A DNA stretch of 64,000 nt from an uncultured delta proteobacterium. GTDB taxonomy: Bacteria; Desulfobacterota; Binatia; UBA9968. Position numbers and translations under genes: made by a program. How positions within the stretch are numbered: the first letter of the stretch is position 1; each line of letters opens with the position of its first letter. The notes beneath the pieces are model-generated. The model saw only the letters and a list, made by a program, of their open reading frames with translations, had not been told where the DNA came from and did not search any database. Below, in pieces: positions 19,611 to 28,983 of the stretch. The DNA is taken from NCBI GenBank assembly GCA_963760795.1, contig CAVXEP010000025.1, positions 1 to 64,000 on the forward strand. Reading direction: 5' to 3'.

Positions 19611-20423
19611 CTAGTTCAACTCTCCTTTGAGGAACTCGACCGCGATCCGGTTAAACTCTTCCGGATGTTCGGTCTGGGCATGAAGCCCGCAACTGGACAT
19701 CGCATAAAGTTTGGCGCCCGGGGTCATGTTAAAGGCGATCAGCGCCTGCTCGATCGGCAAAACTTTATTCTCTTTACCGGTGACGAACAGCACCGGCACC
19801 GTCATCTTGGCCAAAAGCGGTCTTAGGTTTGGCACATCCATCGGGTAGCAGCCCAACTTGGCATAGGCGCCGTATTGACGCGCGCTCGCTTCCAGATATT
19901 GATCGAAGATTTCCGGCGGCGCCCATCGATCGACGTTGAAGTATGCCCTGTCTAGATGGGCCTTGAGATTTTCCCGGGTCGCCGTGTAATTGGCGTAGGG
20001 TGCCAGCGCTTTCTGCTCCAGCTCGGGAGGTATGCCACCGCCGGCGTTGCCGATCAAAATCAATCGCCCGACTCTGTCCGGGTGCTCGGCCGCGATTGAA
20101 ATGCTGATCAATCCGCCTCGGCAGTTGCCGACCAAGTGGGTCTTTTTCACTCCCAGCGCATCGAGAAATTGCACCATATGTTCGACATAGGCGGGATGTC
20201 TCAGTTCGCGCGTCGGCACATCGGTCTTGCCGAAGCCAATGATATCCGGCGCGAGCACTCTAAACTGCTTGCCCAGCGCTTCCATGTTCTCGCGAAACTC
20301 CAGCCATCCGCCGGAGCCGGGGTCGGCGGAATGAAGCATGAGAACGTTGTCGCCTGCGCCGACTTCCCAATAGTGAGTGCGATATTCACCCGCCTGAACA
20401 AATTTTTCAGTTACATTGGACAT
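19611..20423 (-). CDS. Alpha/beta hydrolase fold protein (BphD/MhpC-like scaffold, atypical triad)
   Basis: RVLAPDIIGFGKTD, HLVGNCRGG, EHPEEFN; aggagg RBS. Confidence 0.85.
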   Translation of the reverse strand: MSNVTEKFVQAGEYRTHYWEVGAGDNVLMLHSADPGSGGWLEFRENMEALGKQFRVLAPDIIGFGKTDVPTRELRHPAYVEHMVQFLDALGVKKTHLVGNCRGGLISISIAAEHPDRVGRLILIGNAGGGIPPELEQKALAPYANYTATRENLKAHLDRAYFNVDRWAPPEIFDQYLEASARQYGAYAKLGCYPMDVPNLRPLLAKMTVPVLFVTGKENKVLPIEQALIAFNMTPGAKLYAMSSCGLHAQTEHPEEFNRIAVEFLKGELN

Positions 20424-20447
20424 CTGAGCTACCTCCTAAAAAAATAG

Positions 20448-20525
20448 TTGGAGTACTGGAGTGTTGGAGTAATGGGGAGTTTCATGACGCATCACTGCAC
20501 CACTCCATTACTCCATCACTCCATT
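20448..20525. repeat. TGGAGTNN-octamer hairpin repeat, copy 5
   Basis: ttggagtactggagtgttggagtaatg ... cactccattactccatcactcca. Confidence 0.8.
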
Positions 20526-20528
20526 TTT

Positions 20529-21650
20529 TCATACCCCCACCGCATGCAGCCGCGGAATCACTTCTTTGCCGAACAGACGGACATTATTCAGCACCAATTC
20601 CTGGGGCATCGCGCCCATGCGCACGATCGCCATGAACGTGCCAAAGCCGCCGTACTCTTGGTACTGCGCCATGAGATCTTGATACACCCGGTCGGGCGTC
20701 CCAACCAAGACAAAGCCGTCGTCGCGCATTTTTTCCATCGGCGTGACGTCGTAGGGGTACGGCGTTTTGACCGAATCGAAGGTCAGCTCGGGATTCATAT
20801 CGAGGATCCTTTGGATCGCGGCGTTGTTAACTTTCCCCAGGAGCTGTTGGAAGTAGTACTCAAAATGCGTCTTGCACAGCTTCTCCGCCTCCTTCTGGCT
20901 TTCCGCGACAAACACATGGCGCGCGATCAGGATATCGTTGGCAGTGCATGGACGGCCGAACTCCGCGCAGGCGTCGCGGAATAACTGGAGCTGCTTCTTA
21001 ATCGCCGCGGTTGGTTGGAAAGTAGAGCACAGCGTCACTCCCGGCCGTTTGGCGACGTTGCGTGTCGGCTCCGGACCGATGGCGCCGACCCAAACCGGTG
21101 GATGAGGACTCTGGTATGGCCGCGGCCACATGTCGACGTCTTTATAATGATAGAACTGGCCGTCGTGATTGAGCAGGTCGTTGGTCCAGGCCTTGAGAAT
21201 GACGTCGAGGGCCTCTTCAAAGCGCGGCCGGCCTTCTCTCAAAGGGATGCTGAGCGCGAGATATTCGCGCGGAATGCCGCGCACAAAGCCGGCGATGATG
21301 CGCCCCCGGGTCAGGTTATCCAGCATCGCCAGCTCTTCGGCGACGCGCAATGGATGGCCGTGCAGCGGCAGCAGATTGCCCGCCATGGCGAGCTTGATTC
21401 GTTTCGTCTTGGCCGCCACGTAGGCCAAAAAAACATTGGGCGAGTTGTCCAAACTATAGGGGCTGCCGTGATGTTCGTTTAAACAGACACCGTCGAAGCC
21501 TAATTCTTCCATCAGCTGGAACTGTTCCACATGGTTTTCATAAGTTTTCGCGGCAACCTCGGACTCATAGTTTTCTCTGCCGACCGGATATTTCAGCCGG
21601 CCGGTCAGATCCTTGCCGTAGGGCACAAAATCGAAAGTGAAGACCTGCAT
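20529..21650 (-). CDS. LLM class (luciferase-like) flavin-dependent monooxygenase
   Basis: EELGFDGVCLNEHH, HPLRVAEELAMLD, WPRPYQSPHPPVW. Confidence 0.9.
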   Translation of the reverse strand: MQVFTFDFVPYGKDLTGRLKYPVGRENYESEVAAKTYENHVEQFQLMEELGFDGVCLNEHHGSPYSLDNSPNVFLAYVAAKTKRIKLAMAGNLLPLHGHPLRVAEELAMLDNLTRGRIIAGFVRGIPREYLALSIPLREGRPRFEEALDVILKAWTNDLLNHDGQFYHYKDVDMWPRPYQSPHPPVWVGAIGPEPTRNVAKRPGVTLCSTFQPTAAIKKQLQLFRDACAEFGRPCTANDILIARHVFVAESQKEAEKLCKTHFEYYFQQLLGKVNNAAIQRILDMNPELTFDSVKTPYPYDVTPMEKMRDDGFVLVGTPDRVYQDLMAQYQEYGGFGTFMAIVRMGAMPQELVLNNVRLFGKEVIPRLHAVGV

Positions 21651-21689
21651 GCTGCTACCTCCTCGAGATAATTTTCTTCAATTGCTAAA

Positions 21690-21792
21690 TTCCATTTAAC
21701 CCCGCCCCTTGAGGCGGGCACAATTGAATGGAGTTTCCAAAGGGGGTGAGCATCCCCTTTGGTCGCGAGCGGGGTTCAAACCCCGCTCGCGA
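21690..21792. repeat. Three consecutive GC-rich hairpins
   Basis: cccgcc-ggcggg; ccaaagggg-cccctttgg (21737-21762); tcgcgagcggggtt-aaccccgctcgcga (21763-21792). Confidence 0.7.
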
Positions 21793-21803
21793 TTTAAATC
21801 GAT

Positions 21804-24236
21804 TTACGATCCTTGGTCTGCGCTCTGCATCAATTGCCACAGGCGCAACGGCGATGCCGGGATCGTCGTGCATTGAACGCCCAGCGGTTGGAGCGCATCA
21901 TTGATGGCGCTCAACAACGCCGCCGGTGTCGCCAGCACCGCGCTCTCGCCGGCACCTTTGACTCCCATGGGCGAAAACGGCGACGGTGTCTCGGTGTACG
22001 TTCTCTCGGTCATCGGCACTTCCCAAATCGTCGGCAGCAAATAATCCATCAACGTCGACGTCAGGTACTGGCCGTTTTCGTCATACACATGTTCCTCGAG
22101 AAGAGTCTGGCCCACGCCCTGCGCCACGGCGCCCTGGATCATGCCTTCGACCACCGCCGGATTCAACCTGACGCCGCAATCATCCGCGATGACGTATTTG
22201 AGAATACCCACCTGGCCGGTCTCCCGATCCACTTCGACCATCACCACGTGGGCGTTGTTGGCCGCCGTCAGGTCGAAGCTGCCCCGCCCCTCGGCGTCGG
22301 GCAGTTTGCGGTCGGGCGGATTGTAGGTGTAGCTGGCCTCGGGATTGCCGTCGACGCCGTCGGGCAGGAGATCGGAGCGGGTGAGCATGGTCGTGACCGC
22401 TTTCTGGAGCGGAATGGTCTTCTCGGGGGAGCCCTTGACCCTTAGTTGACCGTTGATAAATTCAATGTCTTCCGCGTCGGCTTCCATGATCACACCGGCC
22501 ACCTTGCGCAGTTTTTCGGCGACCCGATCCGCGGCGCCGAGAATGGCGCCCGATAGCATGACCGCTTGGCGGCTGCCAATGGGCCCCGTGCCCGGACCCG
22601 CGGAGAGACTATCCACCGCGATCACCTCGACATCCTCGCGGTCGACACCGAAGTAATCGGCCAGCAGATTAGTCGCAAAAGAGTGCTGGCCTTGCCCTTC
22701 CCACGGAAACGTAACTTCGCCGATAATCTTGCCGCTGGCGTCGATGCGCACGCGGGCGCTCTCCGGCATGGAGGTGCCGAAGGGCGCGCCGGGGCCGAGC
22801 AGCGTAAACATGCTCATCGCCACCGCGCTGAGCTCGACGCCGGTGTACACACCGATACCCACCAGCCGCCCTTCGCCCCGCGACCGAGCCTGTTCCCGGC
22901 GCAGCGCCGCATAGCCGGCCAGTTCCAGCGCCATGTCCAGCGTGCATCCGTAGTCGCCGCTGTCGTAGCGCGCGCCATTGGGAGCCTCATAGGGAAATTG
23001 CTCCGGGCGAAGCAGATTGCGCCGGCGTATCTCCACCGGATCAAGACCCAGCTGGCGCGCCGCGAGGTCGACGCAATGCTCCATTGCCAGGTTGTGCGCC
23101 GGCACGCCCCAGCCGCGGTACGACCCCTGCGGACATTTATTGGTCGCCACCACGGTGAGATCATACTGCGCGTTGCGAATGCGATACGGGCCAGTGAACG
23201 CCGACAGAGGCTTCAAGGCCTTACCGATGGCGACCGAAACCGCATGAGCGCCGAGATCGTCCAGCACTTTGACGCGGAATCCGGTTATTTCACCTTCGCG
23301 CGTCAGCGCCATTTCTGCCGAATAGATGCGGTCGGGTCCATGGGTATAGCTACTCAACAAGTGCTCGACTCGGTCTTCGATCCATTTGACATGCCGCCCG
23401 CCGGCCTTGCGCGACAGCAATGCCATACGGATGATCGCGTGGGGAAAAATCTTTGTGCCGAAGGAGCCGCCGTGGGGCAGCGGCGTAATGCGGATTTTGT
23501 GTGCCGGCAGGCGCAGGCCGCGCGCCACCGACGCGACGTAAAAGCCGGTGCCTTGGAAACCGCCCCAGGCATTGAGGGAATGATCAGGGCGCCACTGCAC
23601 GATGCAGTTGCAGGTCTCGATCGGATTGCCGCTCGCCCTGAGCCAGCGAAAATCGTCTTTGACAACGACGTCCGCTTCGGCAAAAGCCTCGTCGACGGCG
23701 CCAAAAGTAAAGAGCCGATGGTAAATCAAGTTGGTGCCCTGGTGTTGCCAAATCACCGGGCTGTCCGGATCGAGCGCCTTCTGCGCATCTATGACCGGCA
23801 CGAGAATTTCATAGTCGATCTCGATCAACTCGAGGGCGTCCTCGGCGATGTAACGGCTCGTAGCCGCAACCGCGGCAACCGGATCGCCGACGAATCTGAC
23901 TTTGTCCAACGCCAGGCAGTGTCCGGCCCAACCGAGCGGAAAACCAGGGACCGGCTCAGACCACGCCTTGGCGTCGGCACCGGTGACGACCGCGGCGACG
24001 CCAGGAAGCTTTTCCGCCTTTGAAGTGTCGATGCGCTTGATCCGCGCGTGGGCGTGCGGACTGTGCAAGACGGCCGCGAACAGCATGCCGGGAAAGGCCA
24101 CGTTATCGCCAAACTCCGCTCGGCCCGTCAGCAGCGTGGCGTCCTCGATGCGCGTCGTGTCCTTGCCCAGATAGCGCGGTTGAGTTACCGGCAGCTCACT
24201 CAGATCTCGTGGCACTTTCTGGCTCAAGTCGATCAA
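21804..24236 (-). CDS. Xanthine dehydrogenase family molybdopterin large subunit (L2)
   Basis: HSPHAHARI, GGSFGTK, YDSGDY, DDCGVRLNP, KGAGES. Confidence 0.9.
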   Translation of the reverse strand: MIDLSQKVPRDLSELPVTQPRYLGKDTTRIEDATLLTGRAEFGDNVAFPGMLFAAVLHSPHAHARIKRIDTSKAEKLPGVAAVVTGADAKAWSEPVPGFPLGWAGHCLALDKVRFVGDPVAAVAATSRYIAEDALELIEIDYEILVPVIDAQKALDPDSPVIWQHQGTNLIYHRLFTFGAVDEAFAEADVVVKDDFRWLRASGNPIETCNCIVQWRPDHSLNAWGGFQGTGFYVASVARGLRLPAHKIRITPLPHGGSFGTKIFPHAIIRMALLSRKAGGRHVKWIEDRVEHLLSSYTHGPDRIYSAEMALTREGEITGFRVKVLDDLGAHAVSVAIGKALKPLSAFTGPYRIRNAQYDLTVVATNKCPQGSYRGWGVPAHNLAMEHCVDLAARQLGLDPVEIRRRNLLRPEQFPYEAPNGARYDSGDYGCTLDMALELAGYAALRREQARSRGEGRLVGIGVYTGVELSAVAMSMFTLLGPGAPFGTSMPESARVRIDASGKIIGEVTFPWEGQGQHSFATNLLADYFGVDREDVEVIAVDSLSAGPGTGPIGSRQAVMLSGAILGAADRVAEKLRKVAGVIMEADAEDIEFINGQLRVKGSPEKTIPLQKAVTTMLTRSDLLPDGVDGNPEASYTYNPPDRKLPDAEGRGSFDLTAANNAHVVMVEVDRETGQVGILKYVIADDCGVRLNPAVVEGMIQGAVAQGVGQTLLEEHVYDENGQYLTSTLMDYLLPTIWEVPMTERTYTETPSPFSPMGVKGAGESAVLATPAALLSAINDALQPLGVQCTTIPASPLRLWQLMQSADQGS

Positions 24237-24261
24237 CCTTTATTCATGCTGTCGTTTGATG

Positions 24262-24385
24262 GGTAGTGGTTCAGTTTCACAAAAATTTGTACGGGCGACC
24301 CTATGTGGTCGCCCGTCCGAAAGGGGCAGACACATAGGTCTGCCCCTACGTTGACGCGTCGTCAAACCCAAACTGAACCACTACC
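24262..24385. repeat. REPIN-like element (GTAG-type REP doublet within 16-bp inverted repeats)
   Basis: ggtagtggttcagttt / aaactgaaccactacc flank gtacgggcgaccctatgtggtcgccc and ggggcagacacataggtctgcccctac. Confidence 0.8.
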
Positions 24386-24387
24386 GA

Positions 24388-26811
24388 TTAATGGCTCGCC
24401 TTTGTTTGCAATGCCCTCCATATCCGTAGCGGCGTCATCGGCGCCTCGGTGATTCTTACGCCGAGAGGTTCGAGGGCATCGTTCACCGCGCACAGCACCG
24501 CCGCCGGCGTCGTATGAAGCGCGCCTTCACCGACACCCTTGACTCCCAGCGGCGCGATCGGCGACGGCGTGCACATCTCATGCTCTTCGGCCGCCGGCAC
24601 TTCCATAATCGTCGGCATCAAATAGTCCATGTAGGACGACGTGAGCATCTGTCCTTTGTCGTCATAAACATATTCTTCGAGCAAGGCGGTGCCCACGCCG
24701 TGTGCCATGCCGCCCATCAGCATGCCGTGGACGACGCTCGGATTGAGCCGCACGCCGCAGTCGTCGACCATGACGTATTTAAGAATTTTCACCTGCCCGG
24801 TGTCGCGGTCCACTTCAACCATGCAGAGATGCTGCGCTCCGGCCGTGGTGACGCTATAGCGGCCAAAGCCTTTTTCGTCGGGAATCGTGCGATCCGGCGG
24901 GTTCCAAACGTAGGTCGCCTGCGGGTTGCCGTCGACGCCCTCCGGGAGCAAGTCGGGACGCGCCATCATGAACTGCGCCACCTGCGCCACCGCGAGTGAT
25001 TTTCCTGGCACGCCGAGCACGCGAAACTGCCCGTCGAACAGCTGGATGTCATCCGCGCCGGCTTCGAGCATTACGGCGGCGGCGCGCTTTAATTTATCCG
25101 TCAGGCGCGCGGCCGCCCCAAGCACGGCGCCGCTCAGCGCAATCGCCATAGAACTTGAGATCGGTCCGGTGCTCGGCTGCATGCTCAAACTGTCCACGGT
25201 GATCACCTGAATATCTTCCAACGCCAGGGCGAAATAGTCGGCGAGAATCTGCCGCACGAAACTATGTTGGCTCTGCCCGCCCGGCGGAAAACCCAGCTCG
25301 GCGATGAATTTTCCGAAGCCATCGATGCGCACGAGAATCCCTTCCGGCGACGATGTCCGGGTAAAAATGCGCGGCGAAGCGAGCGCCAGCATCGGCGGTC
25401 CGGTGAGGCCGGGCTCGATGCTGCTGACGACGCCGATGCCGACCAACCGTCCGGCCGCGCGCGCCGCTTGTTGTTCGCCCCGCAGTTGATCGTAACCCGC
25501 CTTTGCCAAAAGCAAATTCAAACTCGCTTCGTAATCGCCGCTGTCATAAACGTTGCCGGACGGCGAGACATAGGGAAATTGATCTTTCTTGATGAAATTG
25601 CGCCGGCGAACTTCGTTGGACTCCAGCCCCAGCTTCTTGGCGGCGATCTCAATAAGCTGCTCGATGACCCAGAAGTGCGGCGGCAAACCGAAGGCGCGCA
25701 GCGGCCCTTGCGGTGTCTTGTTGGTGAGGACGCCTTTGCAGGAATAGTCGACGTTGGCGATGTGATAACAACTACCGAGACAGAGCAGCGGCTTTAGCAG
25801 CATGCCGATGGCAAGCCACTCGGCAAAGGCGCCGAGATCTTCGGTCAGTTGCATTTTCATCGCGGTGATGGTGCCGTCGCGCTTGAGCGCCAGCTCGCAG
25901 TCGTAATAACGGTCCCAGGCGTGGCTGCTGTTGCCGACCAAATGCTCGATGCGGTCCTCGGTCCATTTGACCGGTCGGCCGCCGAGTTTCTTGGCCATGA
26001 GCGAGATCAGAACGACATAGCGGGCGAAAGTCTTCACGCCAAAGCTGCCACCCAAGGGCGATTGAATAATCCTGACCTGCTGCGAGGGGATGCCCAACGA
26101 GATCACCAACGCCGGCAATATGAGGTGGGGCGAGCGATGGCCGCCGCGCAAGGTCAACATGCCGGTGTAGGGATTCCAGTCGGCAATGCAAACGCAAGTT
26201 TCGATCGGATTGCCGCTGCTGCGATGCCAGCGAAATTGTTCTCGGACAATTAGGTCAGCGCCGGCGAAAGCGCCGTCAACGTCACCGAAAACAAATCGCC
26301 GGTCATAAGCGACGTTGCTGTCTTTGCCTTCTAGGACTTTGAGCGATGATGCTGAGCCGGCACTGTGCGGATCGATCACCGGCTCCAAGGGTTGGTATTC
26401 AATGTCGATCAGCTCAAGCGCATCTTCGGCAATGTAGCGATCGGTGGCCGCAACCACAGCAACGGGCTCGCCCACCCAATGAGTCTTTTCCACCGCCAGC
26501 GCGTGACCGGTCCAGCCTTCGGGAATGCCGAACACAGGCCGTGACCAGTCTTTGACTTCTTTGCCGGTCAGTACCGCCGCCACGCCGGGGAGCTTTTCGG
26601 CGCGCGAAGTATCGATGGACTTGATCAGAGCATGGGCGTGCGGGCTGCGCAGAATCGCGGCGTGGAGCATGCCAGACGTGCGAATATCGTTGCCATATTC
26701 CACCCGCCCGGTCAGTGCTAAGGCATCCTCCATCCGCGGGCTGTCTTTGCCGACGTGACGCGGTTGGCTGATGGGCAGTTCGCTGGGAAGCTTGGGCTCG
26801 GCGGTGGCCAC
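24388..26811 (-). CDS. Xanthine dehydrogenase family molybdopterin large subunit (L3)
   Basis: RSPHAHALI, GGSFGVK, YDSGDY, DDCGVRLNP, KGVGEG. Confidence 0.9.
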   Translation of the reverse strand: MATAEPKLPSELPISQPRHVGKDSPRMEDALALTGRVEYGNDIRTSGMLHAAILRSPHAHALIKSIDTSRAEKLPGVAAVLTGKEVKDWSRPVFGIPEGWTGHALAVEKTHWVGEPVAVVAATDRYIAEDALELIDIEYQPLEPVIDPHSAGSASSLKVLEGKDSNVAYDRRFVFGDVDGAFAGADLIVREQFRWHRSSGNPIETCVCIADWNPYTGMLTLRGGHRSPHLILPALVISLGIPSQQVRIIQSPLGGSFGVKTFARYVVLISLMAKKLGGRPVKWTEDRIEHLVGNSSHAWDRYYDCELALKRDGTITAMKMQLTEDLGAFAEWLAIGMLLKPLLCLGSCYHIANVDYSCKGVLTNKTPQGPLRAFGLPPHFWVIEQLIEIAAKKLGLESNEVRRRNFIKKDQFPYVSPSGNVYDSGDYEASLNLLLAKAGYDQLRGEQQAARAAGRLVGIGVVSSIEPGLTGPPMLALASPRIFTRTSSPEGILVRIDGFGKFIAELGFPPGGQSQHSFVRQILADYFALALEDIQVITVDSLSMQPSTGPISSSMAIALSGAVLGAAARLTDKLKRAAAVMLEAGADDIQLFDGQFRVLGVPGKSLAVAQVAQFMMARPDLLPEGVDGNPQATYVWNPPDRTIPDEKGFGRYSVTTAGAQHLCMVEVDRDTGQVKILKYVMVDDCGVRLNPSVVHGMLMGGMAHGVGTALLEEYVYDDKGQMLTSSYMDYLMPTIMEVPAAEEHEMCTPSPIAPLGVKGVGEGALHTTPAAVLCAVNDALEPLGVRITEAPMTPLRIWRALQTKASH

Positions 26812-26827
26812 GGTGATGAAGACCTCG

Positions 26828-27310
26828 CTAGGGATTGCGCAGCCGCGATGCCGCCAATTTTACCGATTCCAGAATATCTTGATAGCCGGTGCACCGGCAG
26901 AGGTGCCCCGAAAGCCACTCCTTGATTTCTTCTTCGTCTGCCTCGGGGTGTTTGCTCAACAGCTCGTAGGTCGTCATCAGAAACCCCGGCGTGCAAAAGC
27001 CGCATTGCAGCCCGTGCTTGTCGCGAAACGATTCTTGGATCGGATGCAGCTCGCCGGTTGATTTCGCCAAACCTTCCACGGTCATCAGCTCGGCGCCGTC
27101 GGCCTGCGCCGCGAGCATGATACAAGAGCGCACTGCTTCGCCATTCATCAGAATCGTGCAGGCACCGCACACGCCGTGCTCGCAGCCCACATTAGTGCCC
27201 GTGAGACCGACATCCTCGCGCAAAAAGTCCACCAAGGTTTTGCGCGCTTCGACTGCGTGTTCGTACGCCACGCCGTTGACGCGCACTTTGACGGTTCGAG
27301 TGGTTGCCAT
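26828..27310 (-). CDS. 2Fe-2S small subunit (CoxS-like)
   Basis: GCEHGVCGACT, QCGFCTPG, HLCRCTGY. Confidence 0.92.
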   Translation of the reverse strand: MATTRTVKVRVNGVAYEHAVEARKTLVDFLREDVGLTGTNVGCEHGVCGACTILMNGEAVRSCIMLAAQADGAELMTVEGLAKSTGELHPIQESFRDKHGLQCGFCTPGFLMTTYELLSKHPEADEEEIKEWLSGHLCRCTGYQDILESVKLAASRLRNP

Positions 27311-28185
27311 CACTTTTTCTCTAGTTTCTGCAGCGCGGCGCGGAGCGCCCGCTTGGTCAAGGTCGCCGCGACGGCACGGCGGTATGCTTCGCTGGCATGA
27401 ATATCGTTGCTGGGATCGATGCCCTGCATGGCGCTTTGCGCTGCCGCTTCGAAGGCCGGCTCTAAAGCGGCCTGGCCGATTAACGCCTCTTCCGCCGCTG
27501 TGACGCGTATGGGCGTCGGACCCACTCCGAAGTAAACCAGCCGTGCCCAGCGGATGACTTGGCGAACCGGCTCCAACGCGAGTCCCGCGATGATGCCGGC
27601 GATCGCGAAATCGCCGTGACGCCGGCTGATCTCGAGCACCGACCAGGCGCTATCCTTGGGCGGCGCCGGGAAGCGCACCTCGGTAAGTATCTCGTTAGCC
27701 TCAAGAGCGGTGGTAAAAAAACTCTGAAAAAAAGCCTCGGCGCCGACGGTTCGCGCTGCCTTCGCGCTGCTTAGAGTCATTTGCGCGTCGAGCGCCAGCG
27801 CCAGCGCCGGCAGCTCCGCCGCCGGGTCGGCGTGGGCGATGCTGCCGCAGATGGTGCCGCGGCTACGAATCTGCGGGTGGGCGATGTAATACGCGGCTTC
27901 CTGGAGAATCGGCACCCGCTCGGCGATCAGCTTCTCCGTTTGCAGAGCGCGCTGGCGCGCAAGCGCGCCGACGGCGATACCGCCATCGCTCGCCCGAACG
28001 TAGTTGAGCTCTTTGATCCGGTTGATGTCGATGACGATCTTGGGCCGCGCCAAGCGCATGTTCAAAAGCGGCATCAGGCTCTGGCCGCCGGCGAGAACCT
28101 TGCCGTCGCCTTGATGAGTATCGAGAAGCATCAACGCCTCTTCGAGACTGCGCGGATCGTAATAGTCAAATTTTGCCGGCTTCAT
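27310..28185 (-). CDS. FAD-binding medium subunit (CoxM-like)
   Basis: MKPAKFDY, LAGGQSLMPLLNMR, IRSRGTICGS, SRRHGDFA. Confidence 0.9.
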   Translation of the reverse strand: MKPAKFDYYDPRSLEEALMLLDTHQGDGKVLAGGQSLMPLLNMRLARPKIVIDINRIKELNYVRASDGGIAVGALARQRALQTEKLIAERVPILQEAAYYIAHPQIRSRGTICGSIAHADPAAELPALALALDAQMTLSSAKAARTVGAEAFFQSFFTTALEANEILTEVRFPAPPKDSAWSVLEISRRHGDFAIAGIIAGLALEPVRQVIRWARLVYFGVGPTPIRVTAAEEALIGQAALEPAFEAAAQSAMQGIDPSNDIHASEAYRRAVAATLTKRALRAALQKLEKK

Positions 28186-28213
28186 CGTGATTCTGGAATA
28201 TTTGCTTGTGGTT

Positions 28214-28949
28214 CTAAGTGCCGGCGGCGGCGCGATCCGCCCACTCGGTGGCGCGGCGGCGCAGAAATTGGAGACTGCGGCGCCAGCAATCCTCGGCCGC
28301 TTCCTGGCGATAGGCCGGGCCTTTCGCGTTGGTCCAGCCGTGATCGGCTCCCGGGTAAGTGTGCACCTCGAAATCTTTCTTGTGCGTCGTTAACGCACTG
28401 CGATAAGCGTCGACGTCTTGCAGCGGCACGAGACGATCGGCTTCGCCGAAGAAGGCGATCACGGGCGTCCGTAAAAACTGCACCCGCTCCACCGGCTGGG
28501 TCGGCGTGTTGGGATTTTTGCGTATCGTTGGTCGGAAAGCCGTGGAACGAGGCCGCTCCCGCCAGCCCGTGTTGAAACGTCGGCCACAAAAGCGCGAAAC
28601 GGCCGCCGAGACAATAGCCCCATGCAAAGACCGGCTGGTCGCCCACCTGCGGATGTTGCCTCAGCATGGCGAGGGCCGCGTTGAGATCGCCAAGGACTTG
28701 GTCATCGGGCTGAGCCCCCGGCCGTTTGAAGATATCTTCGGGAACACCCGGATGATCGAAGAAGTTGACTGCCAACGCGACAAAGTTTTCCACCGCAAGC
28801 CTTTCGATTACGTCCCCGGCGAATTCATCCAAGGCTCGGATCGTCGGAATCATGATAACGGCGGGAAACGGCCCGCGCCCTTGAGGCGACGCTAACAGGC
28901 CGCCGATTGTGCTCGTGCCGCTCGGAATTCGGACATTTTCAACCGCCAC
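28214..28949 (-). CDS. Dienelactone hydrolase family protein, frameshift near 28520
   Basis: WGYCLGG nucleophile; GEAD and YPGADHGW in ORF 28214..28627. Confidence 0.85.
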
Positions 28950-28983
28950 TGAACCTCCTCATCGTCGCACGCTGCCGAACTAC

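Noticed and set aside
4471-20525. CRISPR array suggested by the TGGAGT repeats
   Set aside because: Units are 8-bp tandem/inverted with no unique spacers; no cas genes seen
22566-24023. Long plus-strand ORF (485 aa) and similar antisense ORFs
   Set aside because: Shadow frames of GC-rich minus-strand genes with no motifs
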